NCBI GenBank assembly: GCA_965248055.1
Contig: CBDFIJ010000004.1
Span: 1,376,001 to 1,440,000 of the forward strand
DNA from: Candidatus Multivoradales bacterium
Lineage (GTDB): Bacteria > Acidobacteriota > Thermoanaerobaculia > Multivoradales > JAHEKO01
Length of the DNA: 64,000 nt
Direction of reading: 5' to 3'
Below, in pieces: positions 1 through 9,767 of the stretch (the first letter of the stretch is position 1; each line of letters begins with the position of its first letter). Below the pieces are notes generated by a model. The model was not told where the DNA came from, did no database searches, and saw only the letters and a list, made by a program, of their open reading frames with translations. A program made the position numbers and the translations under genes.

Positions 1-176
1 CAACGTTTCTCATCGCAGGAAACCCAACACGCCTATCAAGTCCGTCGACGGGCCGATGAACTCGGTCTAGTGCTCGGCGCCGACTAGCCCTCTCAAGCAA
101 CAACGCCACCTCAGATAACGGCAAGACGACTTGGACAAAATTCTTCCGACCAACCTTCACCCTGGAGAATTCATCG

Positions 177-1502
177 ATGAAGCAACCGAACGTCTTTGAA
201 GATTCGCTCGCCCGCTTGGAGCAGATTGCCAGCGCTGCCGGGGTGGGCCCCGAAGTGGTCGCTGCGCTGCGCCAACCCAAAGCGACACAAATAGCCTCCT
301 TGCCCGTGCGCCGAGACGACGGCTCCACCGACTACTTCCAGGCCTACCGTTGTCGTTACAACGACGCCCTCGGACCAACCAAGGGCGGCATTCGCTTCCA
401 CCCCAACGTCACCATCGAAGAAGTTCAAGCGCTGGCGCTGTGGATGACTTTGAAGTGTGCAGTGGTTGGCATTCCCTACGGCGGCGGCAAGGGTGGGGTC
501 ACGGTAAACCCCAAGTCGCTTTCGCGGATGGAGCTAGAGCGCTTGTCTCGTGCCTACATTCGGGCGATGGCGGATTTCATCGGCCCGGACACTGACATTC
601 CAGCGCCCGACGTCTACACCGACGCTCGGATCATGGGCTGGATGGCCGACGAGTACCAGATGATCAAGCGGGTCAAAGCACCGGCTGTGATCACCGGAAA
701 ACCGATCGCATTGGGTGGCAGCCTCGGGCGAGATGAAGCCACCGGTCGTGGCGCCTACTTGGTCACTAAGGCGTGGGCCGACCGCGTTGGGGTGCTGTCC
801 CAAGGAACTCGCGTGGCGATACAAGGATTTGGCAACGCGGGCTACCACTTCGCCCGCCTGATGGAACAGGACGGCTACTGCATCCAAGCGGTGAGTGATT
901 CGCGCGGTGGCATCTATGCTGCCGGTGGCGTGGATATCGAGGAAGTCGCCCGAATCAAAGCCGCCGAGGGCACGGTGCGCGCGGTACCCGGGGTCGAGTC
1001 CATTTCTAACGACGAACTGCTTCGTTTGGACGTCGAGATCCTCGCACCCTCTGCTCTGGAATCCGTGATCGGCGGTTGGAACGTGTCCAGAATCCAAGCC
1101 AAAACCATCGTCGAAGTCGCCAACGGTCCGGTGACCTCGGAAGCCGATGCCGCGCTTGAGGCGGCAGGACAAACGGTTCTGCCCGATGTCTTGATCAATG
1201 CTGGCGGGGTTACGGTTAGCTACTTTGAATGGGTGCAGAACCGCCAGGGGCGTTCTTGGTCTCTGGAGAAGGTACGCCAAGAACTCGCGACCACCATGGC
1301 CGAGGCGTTTGAAGGTGTTTGGAAGTTGGTGGAAGACCGCGGCGTCTCGCCTCGGTCTGCTGCCTACACGCTAGCGATTGAGCGCATTGGTCAAGCAATT
1401 CAGGCGCACGGAACCCGGGAGTACTTCTCGAGCCGTCCTGCCGAAGCCAGAGATGTAGGCGTGAAAGTCGAAGAAAAAATCGCGGTTACGACAGCGGGCT
1501 AA
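177..1502 (+). CDS. gdhA: Glu/Leu/Phe/Val dehydrogenase (glutamate dehydrogenase)
   Basis: GPTKGGIRFHP, GGGKGG, DIPAPDV, Rossmann QGFGNAG, NAGGVTVSYFEW motifs. Confidence 0.92.
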   Translation: MKQPNVFEDSLARLEQIASAAGVGPEVVAALRQPKATQIASLPVRRDDGSTDYFQAYRCRYNDALGPTKGGIRFHPNVTIEEVQALALWMTLKCAVVGIPYGGGKGGVTVNPKSLSRMELERLSRAYIRAMADFIGPDTDIPAPDVYTDARIMGWMADEYQMIKRVKAPAVITGKPIALGGSLGRDEATGRGAYLVTKAWADRVGVLSQGTRVAIQGFGNAGYHFARLMEQDGYCIQAVSDSRGGIYAAGGVDIEEVARIKAAEGTVRAVPGVESISNDELLRLDVEILAPSALESVIGGWNVSRIQAKTIVEVANGPVTSEADAALEAAGQTVLPDVLINAGGVTVSYFEWVQNRQGRSWSLEKVRQELATTMAEAFEGVWKLVEDRGVSPRSAAYTLAIERIGQAIQAHGTREYFSSRPAEARDVGVKVEEKIAVTTAG

Positions 1503-2337
1503 AGAAGCTCCACACCACTGCCAGCAGTGAGACGCCGGCCAACACCAGCCCGGTAAGTAGCTGATCGGCGCGTTCCGGTTTGTAGGGGTCCATCAGCCGG
1601 GCGATGGCATAGCCGCCAACGAAACCACCCAGATGCGCCCAGTTGTCGACGTGGGGAATGAAGGCGCTCAATACGAACAGGGCGATCGCGTACTGCCACA
1701 TGGTCCGACCCAAGCTGGAAGCAATGCCACGACGTCCAGCGTAGACCACCGCGCCAAGCAAGCCGAAGATCGCCGCCGAAGCGCCCACCGTCACATGCCC
1801 TGATCCCATAAGCGAGGCAAGCAAGCCGCTGTTCGTTTTGTAGGTCAAGAAACCCATGCCGGTGGAGGTCATAAACCCCGCCACAGAAGACAGGATCAAC
1901 AACGTCAAAGAACGACCGGTGCCATAAATGGCCGCGGTCACAGGCACCAACTGTCGCAGCCACATCACGTTGAAAAAGATGTGCAGCAAGCCCCCGTGCA
2001 GCCACCCCGCAGACAACACCGTCCACCATCGTCCGTATTCAATCACCGGAACCCAGCTGCTGGCTCCGAAGCGCATGATCGAATCAAACCCAGGCGACAG
2101 CATGCCGAGCAAACCACCGCCCCGGATGGCACTGAGGTCGTAGACCAAGGTCAAGACATACAGCAGGACACAGACCCCAACCACCACCTGCGTGACGCCA
2201 AAATCTCCACCCATGCGTTGCAACTTGGTCGCCAACCCGAACATTCCCGGGCGCACGCGTCCACAAAATGGGCACTTGTCGGCCGAGGAGGAGACGAGCT
2301 TGCCGCACGAGGGACAGATGATGGAGCCGGTTGCCAT
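1486..2337 (-). CDS. Rhomboid-family intramembrane serine protease with N-terminal zinc ribbon
   Basis: MATGSIICPSCG..CPFCG start at 2337; WLHGGLLHIFFN, GASAAIFG (catalytic Ser), AHLGGFVGG (catalytic His). It is the C-terminal part of the 1486..2955 ORF. Confidence 0.88.
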   Translation of the reverse strand: MATGSIICPSCGKLVSSSADKCPFCGRVRPGMFGLATKLQRMGGDFGVTQVVVGVCVLLYVLTLVYDLSAIRGGGLLGMLSPGFDSIMRFGASSWVPVIEYGRWWTVLSAGWLHGGLLHIFFNVMWLRQLVPVTAAIYGTGRSLTLLILSSVAGFMTSTGMGFLTYKTNSGLLASLMGSGHVTVGASAAIFGLLGAVVYAGRRGIASSLGRTMWQYAIALFVLSAFIPHVDNWAHLGGFVGGYAIARLMDPYKPERADQLLTGLVLAGVSLLAVVWSFFSPLS

Positions 2338-2387
2338 GGCTGCGGAGTCTATCCCGTCTCGATCATCGACAAGTGCGACGTCAACGT

Positions 2388-3040
2388 TTAGCCCAGCGCT
2401 TGTTGCGCCAAGGCCGCGCGCGCGTCTTTTCCGTACCTTTTGCTCACCGGGAAGCTCTGCCCCGTCTCGCATCTCGACTATCTGGCGAGTCCCGGAACTG
2501 CGGAACTCTCGCAGTTTGTCGGTGTTTGCCAGAAAGCTACGGTGCAAGCGTACGAACTGCTCCTCTGGGAGTTGCTCCATGACCGCCTTCAGCGAGCTAC
2601 GGAGCAAGTATCTATTGCCCATCGAATGAACCCTGACGTAATTGCCAGCCGCCTCTAGGTAGTCAATTTCCTTTATCGCGATCAGACGCTCGCCATTTTG
2701 GGTTGGGACCGCCAAACTACGTGGCTGCGCCACGGCATCGACCGGCGCTTGCGCAGTGGGCAGCCTGTCCTTGCGAAAGTAGAGCTGCAAGGCCGCGATC
2801 AAGACCAGCCCCAAATAGATCTTGAGATCCTTCTGATATTCGAAAAATAGATTTCCCAGATGGCTATAGGCGACCTGATAGCCCATTCCTAGTCTGGGAT
2901 AGAGCGCGGCGCGCAAGATCACCATCAGGAAGTAGTGCCCAAGGGTAAAGATCACGCTGCCGACTAGGTAAACAGGGAGCGCAAAAAGTCGCAGCTTGGA
3001 GAAAGGGAACTTCCGTACCCAGAAGATGACAAAAGCAGCT
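2388..3040 (-). pseudogene. Membrane-anchored LytTR DNA-binding protein, 5'-truncated and frameshifted
   Basis: IDYLEAAGNYVRVH..FVRLHRSFLAN LytTR motif. Removing one base near 2449-2451 gives the canonical ending ELPVSKRYGKDARAALAQQALG* (TAA at 2388-2390). The hydrophobic frame stays open upstream until the RAYT left end at ~3041. Confidence 0.75.
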
Positions 3041-3148
3041 CTCCCCTAAGTGCCAGATGAGATGAGTCGGTCGGTCTCCAAGCTGGGACAATGTGCCAGT
3101 TTGGATCAACCAAAGAAATCGGCATCTAGCCGAGAAAGGAGACCGACC

Positions 3149-4162
3149 ATGGAGTATCTTGGCATTGACGTTCACTCAAAGTACAGCGAGGTATGTGGGA
3201 TATCTCAGGAGGGTGAGGTGACGGTTCGTCGTCGGATTTCGACGACGGAGACGTCGATCCGTGGGTTCTTCGGTTCTCGTGAGCGTGCACAAGTGACGCT
3301 GGAGAGCGGTCCGGTGACGCCGTGGGTATATCGGTTGCTGTGTGATCTAGGTCATGCGGTAACGGTAGTCAATCCCCGGCGAGTGCGTTTGATTGCCGAA
3401 TCGACACTAAAGACCGACGGCATTGATGCCGAGGTTTTAGCTCGGCTGAGCCGATTAGACCTGGGGTTTCTGCGTCCGGTGTATCAGCGAAGCCCTGAGG
3501 CCCAGGAGCTTCGCACTCGTTTACGGGTGCGATCGGCTCTGGTTAAGTCTCGGACTTCGTTGATCAACGCGGTACGTGGGACTCTGCGTGCTCAGGGCTA
3601 CCGGATGCCTTCGTGTGCGGCCAAGATTTTCATGGTGCGTTACGAATCGATGGGATTCGATTCGGGAGTATCAGAGGCCCTGGCTCCCTTGGTATCGACG
3701 ATCGGTGAGCTGTCGGATCGGATCTGTGAGCTAGAGAATGACCTGAAAGCTCAAGCAAGTACCGATGAGCTTCTCGTTCGTCTGCAGACAGTGCCCGGGG
3801 TAGGGCCTCTGGTGAGCTTGGCTTTTGCCGGCTGGGTAGACAATCCAGATCGGTTTCAAAAGAGTCGAGATGTTGGAGCATGCCTGGGCTTGAGGCCCTC
3901 GCTTCGCAGCTCAGGAGGGCATGAGATCCGTGGCCGGATCACTCGGGAGGGGGATAGCGAGATGCGCCGACTCCTGGTCCAGGCTGCGCATGCATCTTTA
4001 CAGTGTCACAAGGACTCAGCGCTCAAGCGCTGGGGTGAGGGTTTGGTGGCAAGGCTAGGTAAGAGCAAAGCAGTGGTAGCGCTGGCTAGAAAGATCGGAG
4101 TCCTACTGCATAGGTTGTGGGTCACAAACGAGAATTTCCAGCCGTTTCCACAAGCCACATAA
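3149..4162 (+). CDS. IS110-family DEDD transposase/recombinase
   Basis: YLGIDVH, LESG, KTDGIDA, TVPGVG, GLRPSLRSSG (catalytic Ser), AVVALARK; RBS aaggag before ATG 3149. Confidence 0.93.
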   Translation: MEYLGIDVHSKYSEVCGISQEGEVTVRRRISTTETSIRGFFGSRERAQVTLESGPVTPWVYRLLCDLGHAVTVVNPRRVRLIAESTLKTDGIDAEVLARLSRLDLGFLRPVYQRSPEAQELRTRLRVRSALVKSRTSLINAVRGTLRAQGYRMPSCAAKIFMVRYESMGFDSGVSEALAPLVSTIGELSDRICELENDLKAQASTDELLVRLQTVPGVGPLVSLAFAGWVDNPDRFQKSRDVGACLGLRPSLRSSGGHEIRGRITREGDSEMRRLLVQAAHASLQCHKDSALKRWGEGLVARLGKSKAVVALARKIGVLLHRLWVTNENFQPFPQAT

Positions 4163-4421
4163 GCGAGGATTCGAAGTAAGAAAGCAAGAGAAATCAGTCA
4201 TGAGTTTCAAAGGACGGATGAAAAGTTTCGATGACTCCGATAAATGGGTTGGAGGCTGGGACTCCGCGTGCCAGATGGGAGCATCGAATTTCCTCAACAG
4301 ACGGAAAACTCACCATGCACCGGTCCAAAGACGGACCCAAGAGAGTGCGAATAGAAGCTCGTCCTGAGGTTAGATCCGAATCTAAAGAACGCATGATCGA
4401 TGGAAAGAAAACCCTTGACTG
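4163..4421 (+). ncRNA. Putative bridge/seek RNA of the IS1111 element (boundaries approximate)
   Basis: Non-coding region downstream of the transposase. Contains gtgccag (4268-4274, equals left target flank + core), atagaag (4351-4357, equals IS right end + core) and atct (4380-4383, reverse complement of core + IS left end). Confidence 0.7.
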
Positions 4422-4486
4422 GACCGCCCGACTCATAGAAGCCGATTACTTGCAAGGTTGGGAACCTACGTTGCGTCTCCATTCCT

Positions 4487-5374
4487 ATGAGCCGCCGACT
4501 TCGATTCATCCCACCCGGTGGGGCGCTGGTAGAAATCACCTGCCGTACCTTTCAAGGGCGTTACCTCCTCAAGCCGTCTCCCGCTGTCAATCGGTGCATC
4601 CTGGGGATTCTCGGGCGGGCTCAGAGACTCTACCCCACCGAGGTCCATGCCTTTGTATTCATGTCGAATCACTACCATCTCTTGGTCTCAGTACCCGACG
4701 CTCAGCGCATGGCGCAATTCGTCGGCTACCTCAACAGCAATCTGGGACGCGAGTTGGGCAGAATGCATGGATGGAACGGGAAGTTTTGGGATCGCCGTTA
4801 TCAGGCCATCGTAGTCAGCGAAGAGGAAGCGGCTCAAGTGGCTCGACTTAAATACCTGTTGAGCCAAGGAGTCAAAGAGCGCTTAGTTAGACGTCCCACT
4901 GACTGGCCAGGTCTCCATGCTGCCAAGATCCTCCTGGCTAGTAATAGCACGATCACAGGCCGCTGGCGCGACCGAACACGCGAGTACCACGCCAGAGGAG
5001 CAGGCAATACGCAGGTATTTATGTGTATCGAACGACTCCACCTAACGCCCCTTCCATGTTGGCGTGATCAAACTACGCTTTGGATGCGACAACGAGTTCA
5101 AGAACTCGTCGACCTAGTCTGTGAAGAGAATTCCGGCCAAATCGTTGGAGATCCGCCCAATCCCAAACCCACCAAGCGTCCTGCCAGAATCAAGAGATCC
5201 CCAGTTCCACTTTTTCACTGTGCCACCAAGGCAGCCCGCAAAGCACTCTACGAAGCCTACTCCTGGTTTGTTGCCGCCTACAGGGATGCTTGTGAGCGAC
5301 TCAAAGCTGGGCACGAAAACGCCACCTTCCCTCCGGGATCGTTCCCACCGCCCAGACCATTCGTTCCTGTCTAG
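4487..5374 (+). CDS. RAYT-like HUH/Y1 transposase (IS200-like superfamily)
   Basis: N-terminal MSRRLR..EITCRT, HAFVFMSNHYHLLV (HUH), GKFWDRRY, KY catalytic Tyr candidate, DWPGLH; Pro-rich C-terminal extension. Confidence 0.88.
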   Translation: MSRRLRFIPPGGALVEITCRTFQGRYLLKPSPAVNRCILGILGRAQRLYPTEVHAFVFMSNHYHLLVSVPDAQRMAQFVGYLNSNLGRELGRMHGWNGKFWDRRYQAIVVSEEEAAQVARLKYLLSQGVKERLVRRPTDWPGLHAAKILLASNSTITGRWRDRTREYHARGAGNTQVFMCIERLHLTPLPCWRDQTTLWMRQRVQELVDLVCEENSGQIVGDPPNPKPTKRPARIKRSPVPLFHCATKAARKALYEAYSWFVAAYRDACERLKAGHENATFPPGSFPPPRPFVPV

Positions 5375-5609
5375 CTAATTACCGCTCGGTTTGGGCTGAA
5401 CCGGCACTTAGGAGAGGTATGTCCAATCTGAGTCTCTCCCTGTCTAAGAGCTCGATCCCGGAGTCAGAGTTCCGTTCCGGTGTGATTCCGGCCACCAACT
5501 GGGGAGCGCAGATGCGCCGACAACCGAGCTTCAGGAGGTGCTTCCAGACCTCTCAATAATCGCCTGGGACCTCAGTCAGGTACCTCGGCCCAACTCTTTC
5601 TTCGCACCT

Positions 5610-6101
5610 CTACCTAGAATGCACCATTCCAGAGTCCTTCGATACTGAATCAACTCTGACGTACTCCATGACGAGAGAAACTGACTCCTCTCCCCCAACT
5701 CGAACGGACAAGCCCAACACACACGCATCCAAGTCCTCGAAGAGATCAGCTTCCGAAAGATCGTCCCATCTGATGAAGGCGGACTGAGTTGCACCCCGTT
5801 CGACCACACACCTTCTCTCACACGAACCCTTATGAACACGTGCTTCGGATTTTGCTGTTGAACCGTCAACACGCGCAACTTCGCCGCACCGGTTAGTCAC
5901 AAGTACGTTATGCAAGAGCGGTGGAGGCGAGGGAGCAAAGACAGTAATAGGTTGCCACCGAATGTCTAGGCACTCAGTACTCACCTGGCAATCTACAGAA
6001 GGCTGCCCGGAACAGACCGGACGAAACTCTACCCACCGATCACAACCACAGACTACAAGTAGGACTACGCCCATGGTCCATATCGTCTTTGTCACGGGCA
6101 T
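5610..6101 (-). CDS. Putative lipoprotein immunity protein
   Basis: Hydrophobic N-terminus with lipobox-like VCGC; overlaps the stop of the upstream toxin tip (6092). Confidence 0.6.
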   Translation of the reverse strand: MPVTKTIWTMGVVLLVVCGCDRWVEFRPVCSGQPSVDCQVSTECLDIRWQPITVFAPSPPPLLHNVLVTNRCGEVARVDGSTAKSEARVHKGSCERRCVVERGATQSAFIRWDDLSEADLFEDLDACVLGLSVRVGGEESVSLVMEYVRVDSVSKDSGMVHSR

Positions 6102-6891
6102 GGATTTCCTACTTCACCTAGGACCATTGCAGCGTGTCCAATTGCCTGAGCTTCATATTCGTTGTCAACGTACGCATCCATACCTCTCAACCAAGCCCTG
6201 GTCGACGCTCCTAAGTACCTAGGGGCGAAGGAATAAACACCTCCGGCAAACTCACCGGCTTGATCACTATGAGTCAGTTCGTGGGCCACCAAGAGTGCAC
6301 TAGACTCCAGCTGGTCATAGGCGTCCTTGGCAAGGTAGATATCTGATCCAAGTGTAATCCCTCCCCAGTCCTCTTCTGACATCCCAGGTAGCAGTCCACG
6401 ATGGATCGTAACCGTTGAAAGGTTTATCGAGTAGTACGGCTGGAAAGAAGCCGAATAACAGTCCGGCAATAGCTTACTACCATCTGGATTCTGCTTGTTC
6501 TTCAAGTTTTGACCCCCAATCGTATCTTTGTCGCCAGCATCGTTGACTTGTGTCGGAACACCCACTGGGTTGTTTGAGAAGAAAGATAGGAGGATAGATG
6601 CGGACACCTCGGGCGGGGGAGCCGACCCTTGGATCTCATGGTAATCAGTTGGACCTGCAATCCCGGATGCTATGTCAAGCGCGGCTTCCCTGGAGAGGGC
6701 CACCTGAGAAACGTGGTAAGAAATGGGCTCCAGGCCATTGGGATCAAAGTACGTGATAACACCTCCTCTGGCATACCCATACCGATTCCAACTCCCCCCA
6801 CTTCCAGTATTGCCCAACACAGGGTCGACGCTCATAAACCTCCCTAAGTGGTTCGTATAAAACCTCGCATGCATGTAATCCATCCCAGTAT

Positions 6892-8260
6892 GAGATATAA
6901 CCGAAAGTTGTGTATGAGAGTTTGAAGGCGGCGTATCCTGAGCCCGGTTTTCAAAGCTGGGTTCAATCATCCCAAAAGGAGGATACGCCGTTGAGCAAGA
7001 GTAACGTAGTTTCAATCGATCAAGTAGAACGTCCTGAGGACGCTCTGAGTGAGGTCTTGCGCCGAGGTTCACGGTTGCTTCTTTGCGAAGCAATCGAGGC
7101 AGAGGTGGAGAGTTTTTTGGTTGAGTACCAAGATCAACGTACGGCGGTCGGTCACCGGCGGTTGGTGAGAAACGGCTACATGCCAGAGCGGGAGATCCAG
7201 ACCGGAATCGGCGGCATTTCGGTCAAAGTGCCACGGGTGCGGGATCGCCAGGGTGAGCTTCATTTTCGCTCCAATCTAGTGCCACCGTATCTGCGCCGGT
7301 CCAAGAGCATCGCGGATCTCTTGCCCTGGCTATACTTACGGGGGATTTCTACCGGGGACTTCTCACGAGCTCTGGAAGTTTTGGTGGGCCCTGAAGCGCC
7401 AGGTCTTTCGTCTTCGACGGTGAGCCGCCTCAAACGCGTCTGGGGCCAGGAGTACAGCGAATGGCGGCAGCGCGATCTTTCGTCCAAGCGCTACGTCTAT
7501 GTATGGGCTGACGGCATTTACTGCAAGGCTCGCCTGGATAACGCCAAGCTCTGCTTGCTGGTGTTAATTGGTGCCACTGCGGACGGCAACAAAGAACTGA
7601 TCGCTGTTGAAGACGGTTACCGGGAGAGTGAGGCGTCATGGCTGGAGCTGTTGCGAGGCCTGGAAGCAAGAGGCCTTACATTCGAGCCTAAGATCGCAAT
7701 CGGTGACGGCAATCTGGGTTTCTGGAAGGCTCTGGCTCAGGTGTGGGGAAATACCAAGACCCAGCGCTGCTGGGTCCACAAGACGGCCAACGTCTTGAAT
7801 AAGCTCCCCAAGGCGATCCAGCCCAAGGCCAAGCAGGCAATCCACCAAATCTGGATGGCGCAGACACGTCACGATGCCGAGAGGGCTTTTGATGCATTCC
7901 AGGCAATCTACCAAGCTAAATATCCGAAAGCAGTCCAGTGCTTGGTCAAAGATCGCGTCCAGCTACTCGCTTTCTACGATTTCCCGGCTGAGCACTGGGT
8001 GCATTTGAGGACCACCAACCCAATCGAATCAACTTTTGCTACCGTACGCTTGAGAACCTCCAAAACCCGGGGCTGTCTGTCGCGAGAAACCATGCTCTCG
8101 ATGGTCTTCAAGCTGTGCCAAAGCGCAGAAAAACGATGGCGGAGGCTACAGGGCTACAGGCGCATTGCCGAAGTCGTTGAAGGTCTCCAGTTCGTGGACG
8201 GAGAAAAACAAAAACAGATCGCCGCCTGATGGCTCAATACACAACTTTTGACAATAACTC
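6892..8260 (+). mobile_element. IS256-family element, copy 1 (no target duplication; adjacent Rhs sequence missing)
   Basis: Imperfect terminal IRs gagatataaccgaaagttgtgtat / atacacaacttttgacaataactc. Confidence 0.92.
6991..8229 (+). CDS. IS256-family (Mutator-type DDE) transposase
   Basis: RNGY..VPRVRDR, YVWADGIY, GDG, QRCWVHK, RTTNPIESTF; TTG start after aaggagg. Confidence 0.93.
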   Translation: MSKSNVVSIDQVERPEDALSEVLRRGSRLLLCEAIEAEVESFLVEYQDQRTAVGHRRLVRNGYMPEREIQTGIGGISVKVPRVRDRQGELHFRSNLVPPYLRRSKSIADLLPWLYLRGISTGDFSRALEVLVGPEAPGLSSSTVSRLKRVWGQEYSEWRQRDLSSKRYVYVWADGIYCKARLDNAKLCLLVLIGATADGNKELIAVEDGYRESEASWLELLRGLEARGLTFEPKIAIGDGNLGFWKALAQVWGNTKTQRCWVHKTANVLNKLPKAIQPKAKQAIHQIWMAQTRHDAERAFDAFQAIYQAKYPKAVQCLVKDRVQLLAFYDFPAEHWVHLRTTNPIESTFATVRLRTSKTRGCLSRETMLSMVFKLCQSAEKRWRRLQGYRRIAEVVEGLQFVDGEKQKQIAA

Positions 8261-8461
8261 CCATTGCTACCCCAGGTGGTCATGTTTCCGGAGGCGTCGT
8301 AACCGGCCACTGACAGCCGGTTGGTGTTGGCGTTAACCGCAATGGTGGTGGTTTGACATACCTCCAACATTCGGGTGGCACCTTTCCGGCCCGCACCGGA
8401 CCTCTTTAGAGCACCTACTTAGACATGTCCAACGATTGGTGTCCACCTCTACCAACAAACA

Positions 8462-9091
8462 TCAAGAATCCCAAATCTTGATCGCATCTATCACTCGCCA
8501 ATCACTATCTTCACGTTGCAAAACCACCATCCGTCCAGCTCCGCCTAGCTCAGCCCACTGACGCCCATAGTAAAGCAGCGCCTGACCACCATCACTGCTG
8601 AAGCCGACTCTAGAGAACACGATAATCCCCGCGGAGTCCGGGTAGCGGTCGTAGAACACACTCCAGGAAGGAACGCCTTCAAGCTCGTAGAGGGGAAAGT
8701 GACCGCTGCTGTTGTTCACTAATGTGACACGTGTATCGCTAAAGTGAGATCGATTCAACTTGATTGCCGCCTGGTTTTTTCTCACAAAAGATTCGAAAGT
8801 CGATCGTCGGAGATCAGATACGTGGACAGATAGCCACCCCCAAAGGCTCGACTGATCTTGGACGATGTCTTGCTCTTGAAAGGCCGGATCCATCGTTGTC
8901 TTATTGAATACGACGAGGGTGCTCGCTTCTGCATTTCCTCCGCCGGTAACTGCCCACGTCTTGTCTTGGAAGAGTCGGTTGTAGATTTCATAGTCTCGGA
9001 GGTGCTCATGCGGTACAGGAGCATGGCAAGACATCGCTGCGAAACCAATCGCGACCGAGAAAGATAGACCCAATGCTCGATTTCGCATCAC
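8462..9091 (-). CDS. Putative lipoprotein, probable immunity protein
   Basis: Signal peptide ending AMSC; lies directly downstream of the toxin-tip cassette 9168-9743. Confidence 0.6.
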   Translation of the reverse strand: MMRNRALGLSFSVAIGFAAMSCHAPVPHEHLRDYEIYNRLFQDKTWAVTGGGNAEASTLVVFNKTTMDPAFQEQDIVQDQSSLWGWLSVHVSDLRRSTFESFVRKNQAAIKLNRSHFSDTRVTLVNNSSGHFPLYELEGVPSWSVFYDRYPDSAGIIVFSRVGFSSDGGQALLYYGRQWAELGGAGRMVVLQREDSDWRVIDAIKIWDS

Positions 9092-9167
9092 CCCCCTCTG
9101 TTCGTCTTGAGCTTATTCATTGTGAGTTGTACCTATTTCAGCCCCAAGTGGCAACGTTCCTGTAAGT

Positions 9168-9743
9168 TCAAAAAATACAGGTTGCACAATAACCACCATT
9201 AACACCATGCCATTGACCATTGACGAGTACGCTAGATACACCCCCTCCACTTATATTTGAGAAACCCGACCACAAGCTGTTACCGCCGCCACCGCTGCCT
9301 GGTGCTTCAGGAGGCAGCTGCGTTTCCGACTGTTCGGGCACCGGCTTACTGGGAAAATGGTAATCCCATTCTGGCTCCTCTTCTGGTTTCCATTCTGGTC
9401 CGCAGCCTCCAGTCGATATTCCTTGTTCAAGCAACCAACCGGTTGCGGCCCCTCTGGATATGTCTCCCGATTCCGTCATAATCCGGGCAAGGTCTTGCTC
9501 CATGAATTGATGCTCGTCCCAGTTGTCTGCCCAGGTTCCGGAGAAGATGGCGATTCTCTCGCCTGAGAAGTTATACAAGAAGTACCAGCGGGCACCCTGG
9601 GTCACCATGTTGTTGGCGGTATCGTACTCATAACCATTGGCACCCCAGGAGGTCATGTTGCCGGAGGCGTCGTAGGCAGCGGATGACAACCGATTCGTGT
9701 CTGGATTCACAGCGATGGTGGTAGTTTGACATACCTCCAACAT
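9168..9743 (-). pseudogene. Orphan Rhs fragment with internal deletion fused to a variable tip
   Basis: MLEVCQTTTIAVNPDTN..SGERIA jumps directly to unrelated acidic/Gly-rich sequence; the YMHARFY..DPxG core is absent. Confidence 0.7.
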
Positions 9744-9767
9744 TCGGGTGGCACCTTTCCGCAGTTG

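Larger units (their letters stand above)
3057..4441 (+). mobile_element. IS110 family, IS1111-type insertion sequence
   Basis: Subterminal inverted repeats atgagtcggtcggtc (3062-3076) / gaccgcccgactcat (4422-4436). AG core at both junctions (3055-3056, 4440-4441). The empty site is visible at 21794-21810. Long 3' non-coding region. Confidence 0.9.
3041..5579 (+). mobile_element. RAYT-like HUH transposase module, copy 1 (left end interrupted by IS110)
   Basis: Left end ctcccctaagtgccag..ccgattacttgcaagg matches the uninterrupted copy at 21786. Right end aataatcgcctgggacctcagtcag at 5555-5579. Confidence 0.8.
6092..8370 (-). pseudogene. Orphan Rhs core + HExxH metallopeptidase-like (DUF4157/eCIS-core-like) toxin tip, interrupted by IS256
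   Basis: MLEVCQTTTIAVN..GSNG (8370-8261), then TGMDYMHARFY..GRFMSVDP..DPNG and GITLGSDIY..AHELTHSDQ..NEYEAQA (6891-6092). Confidence 0.8.

Noticed and set aside
1486-2955. Genuine 489-aa LytTR-rhomboid fusion protein
   Set aside because: The canonical LytTR ending and stop lie in the adjacent frame, and the rhomboid has its own start at 2337
4231-4851. 206-aa ORF spanning the IS110 right end and RAYT
   Set aside because: Alternative frame across a mobile-element junction, overlapping the probable bridge RNA and the RAYT gene
6092-7093. 333-aa ORF (and likewise 23365..23817, 23761..24393, 24860..25234) as real full-length genes
   Set aside because: They are chimeric frames running across IS256 or RAYT-tail junctions
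8353-8390. TTGACA-N17-TGGCAC as a sigma70 or sigma54 promoter
   Set aside because: The hexamer at the -10 position is TGGCAC, not TAnnnT, and no TTGC follows at the sigma54 -12 position; better explained as a recombination end
8419-8447. Possible fourth head type tagacatgtccaacgattggtgtccacc
   Set aside because: Single degenerate copy; not counted among the sites
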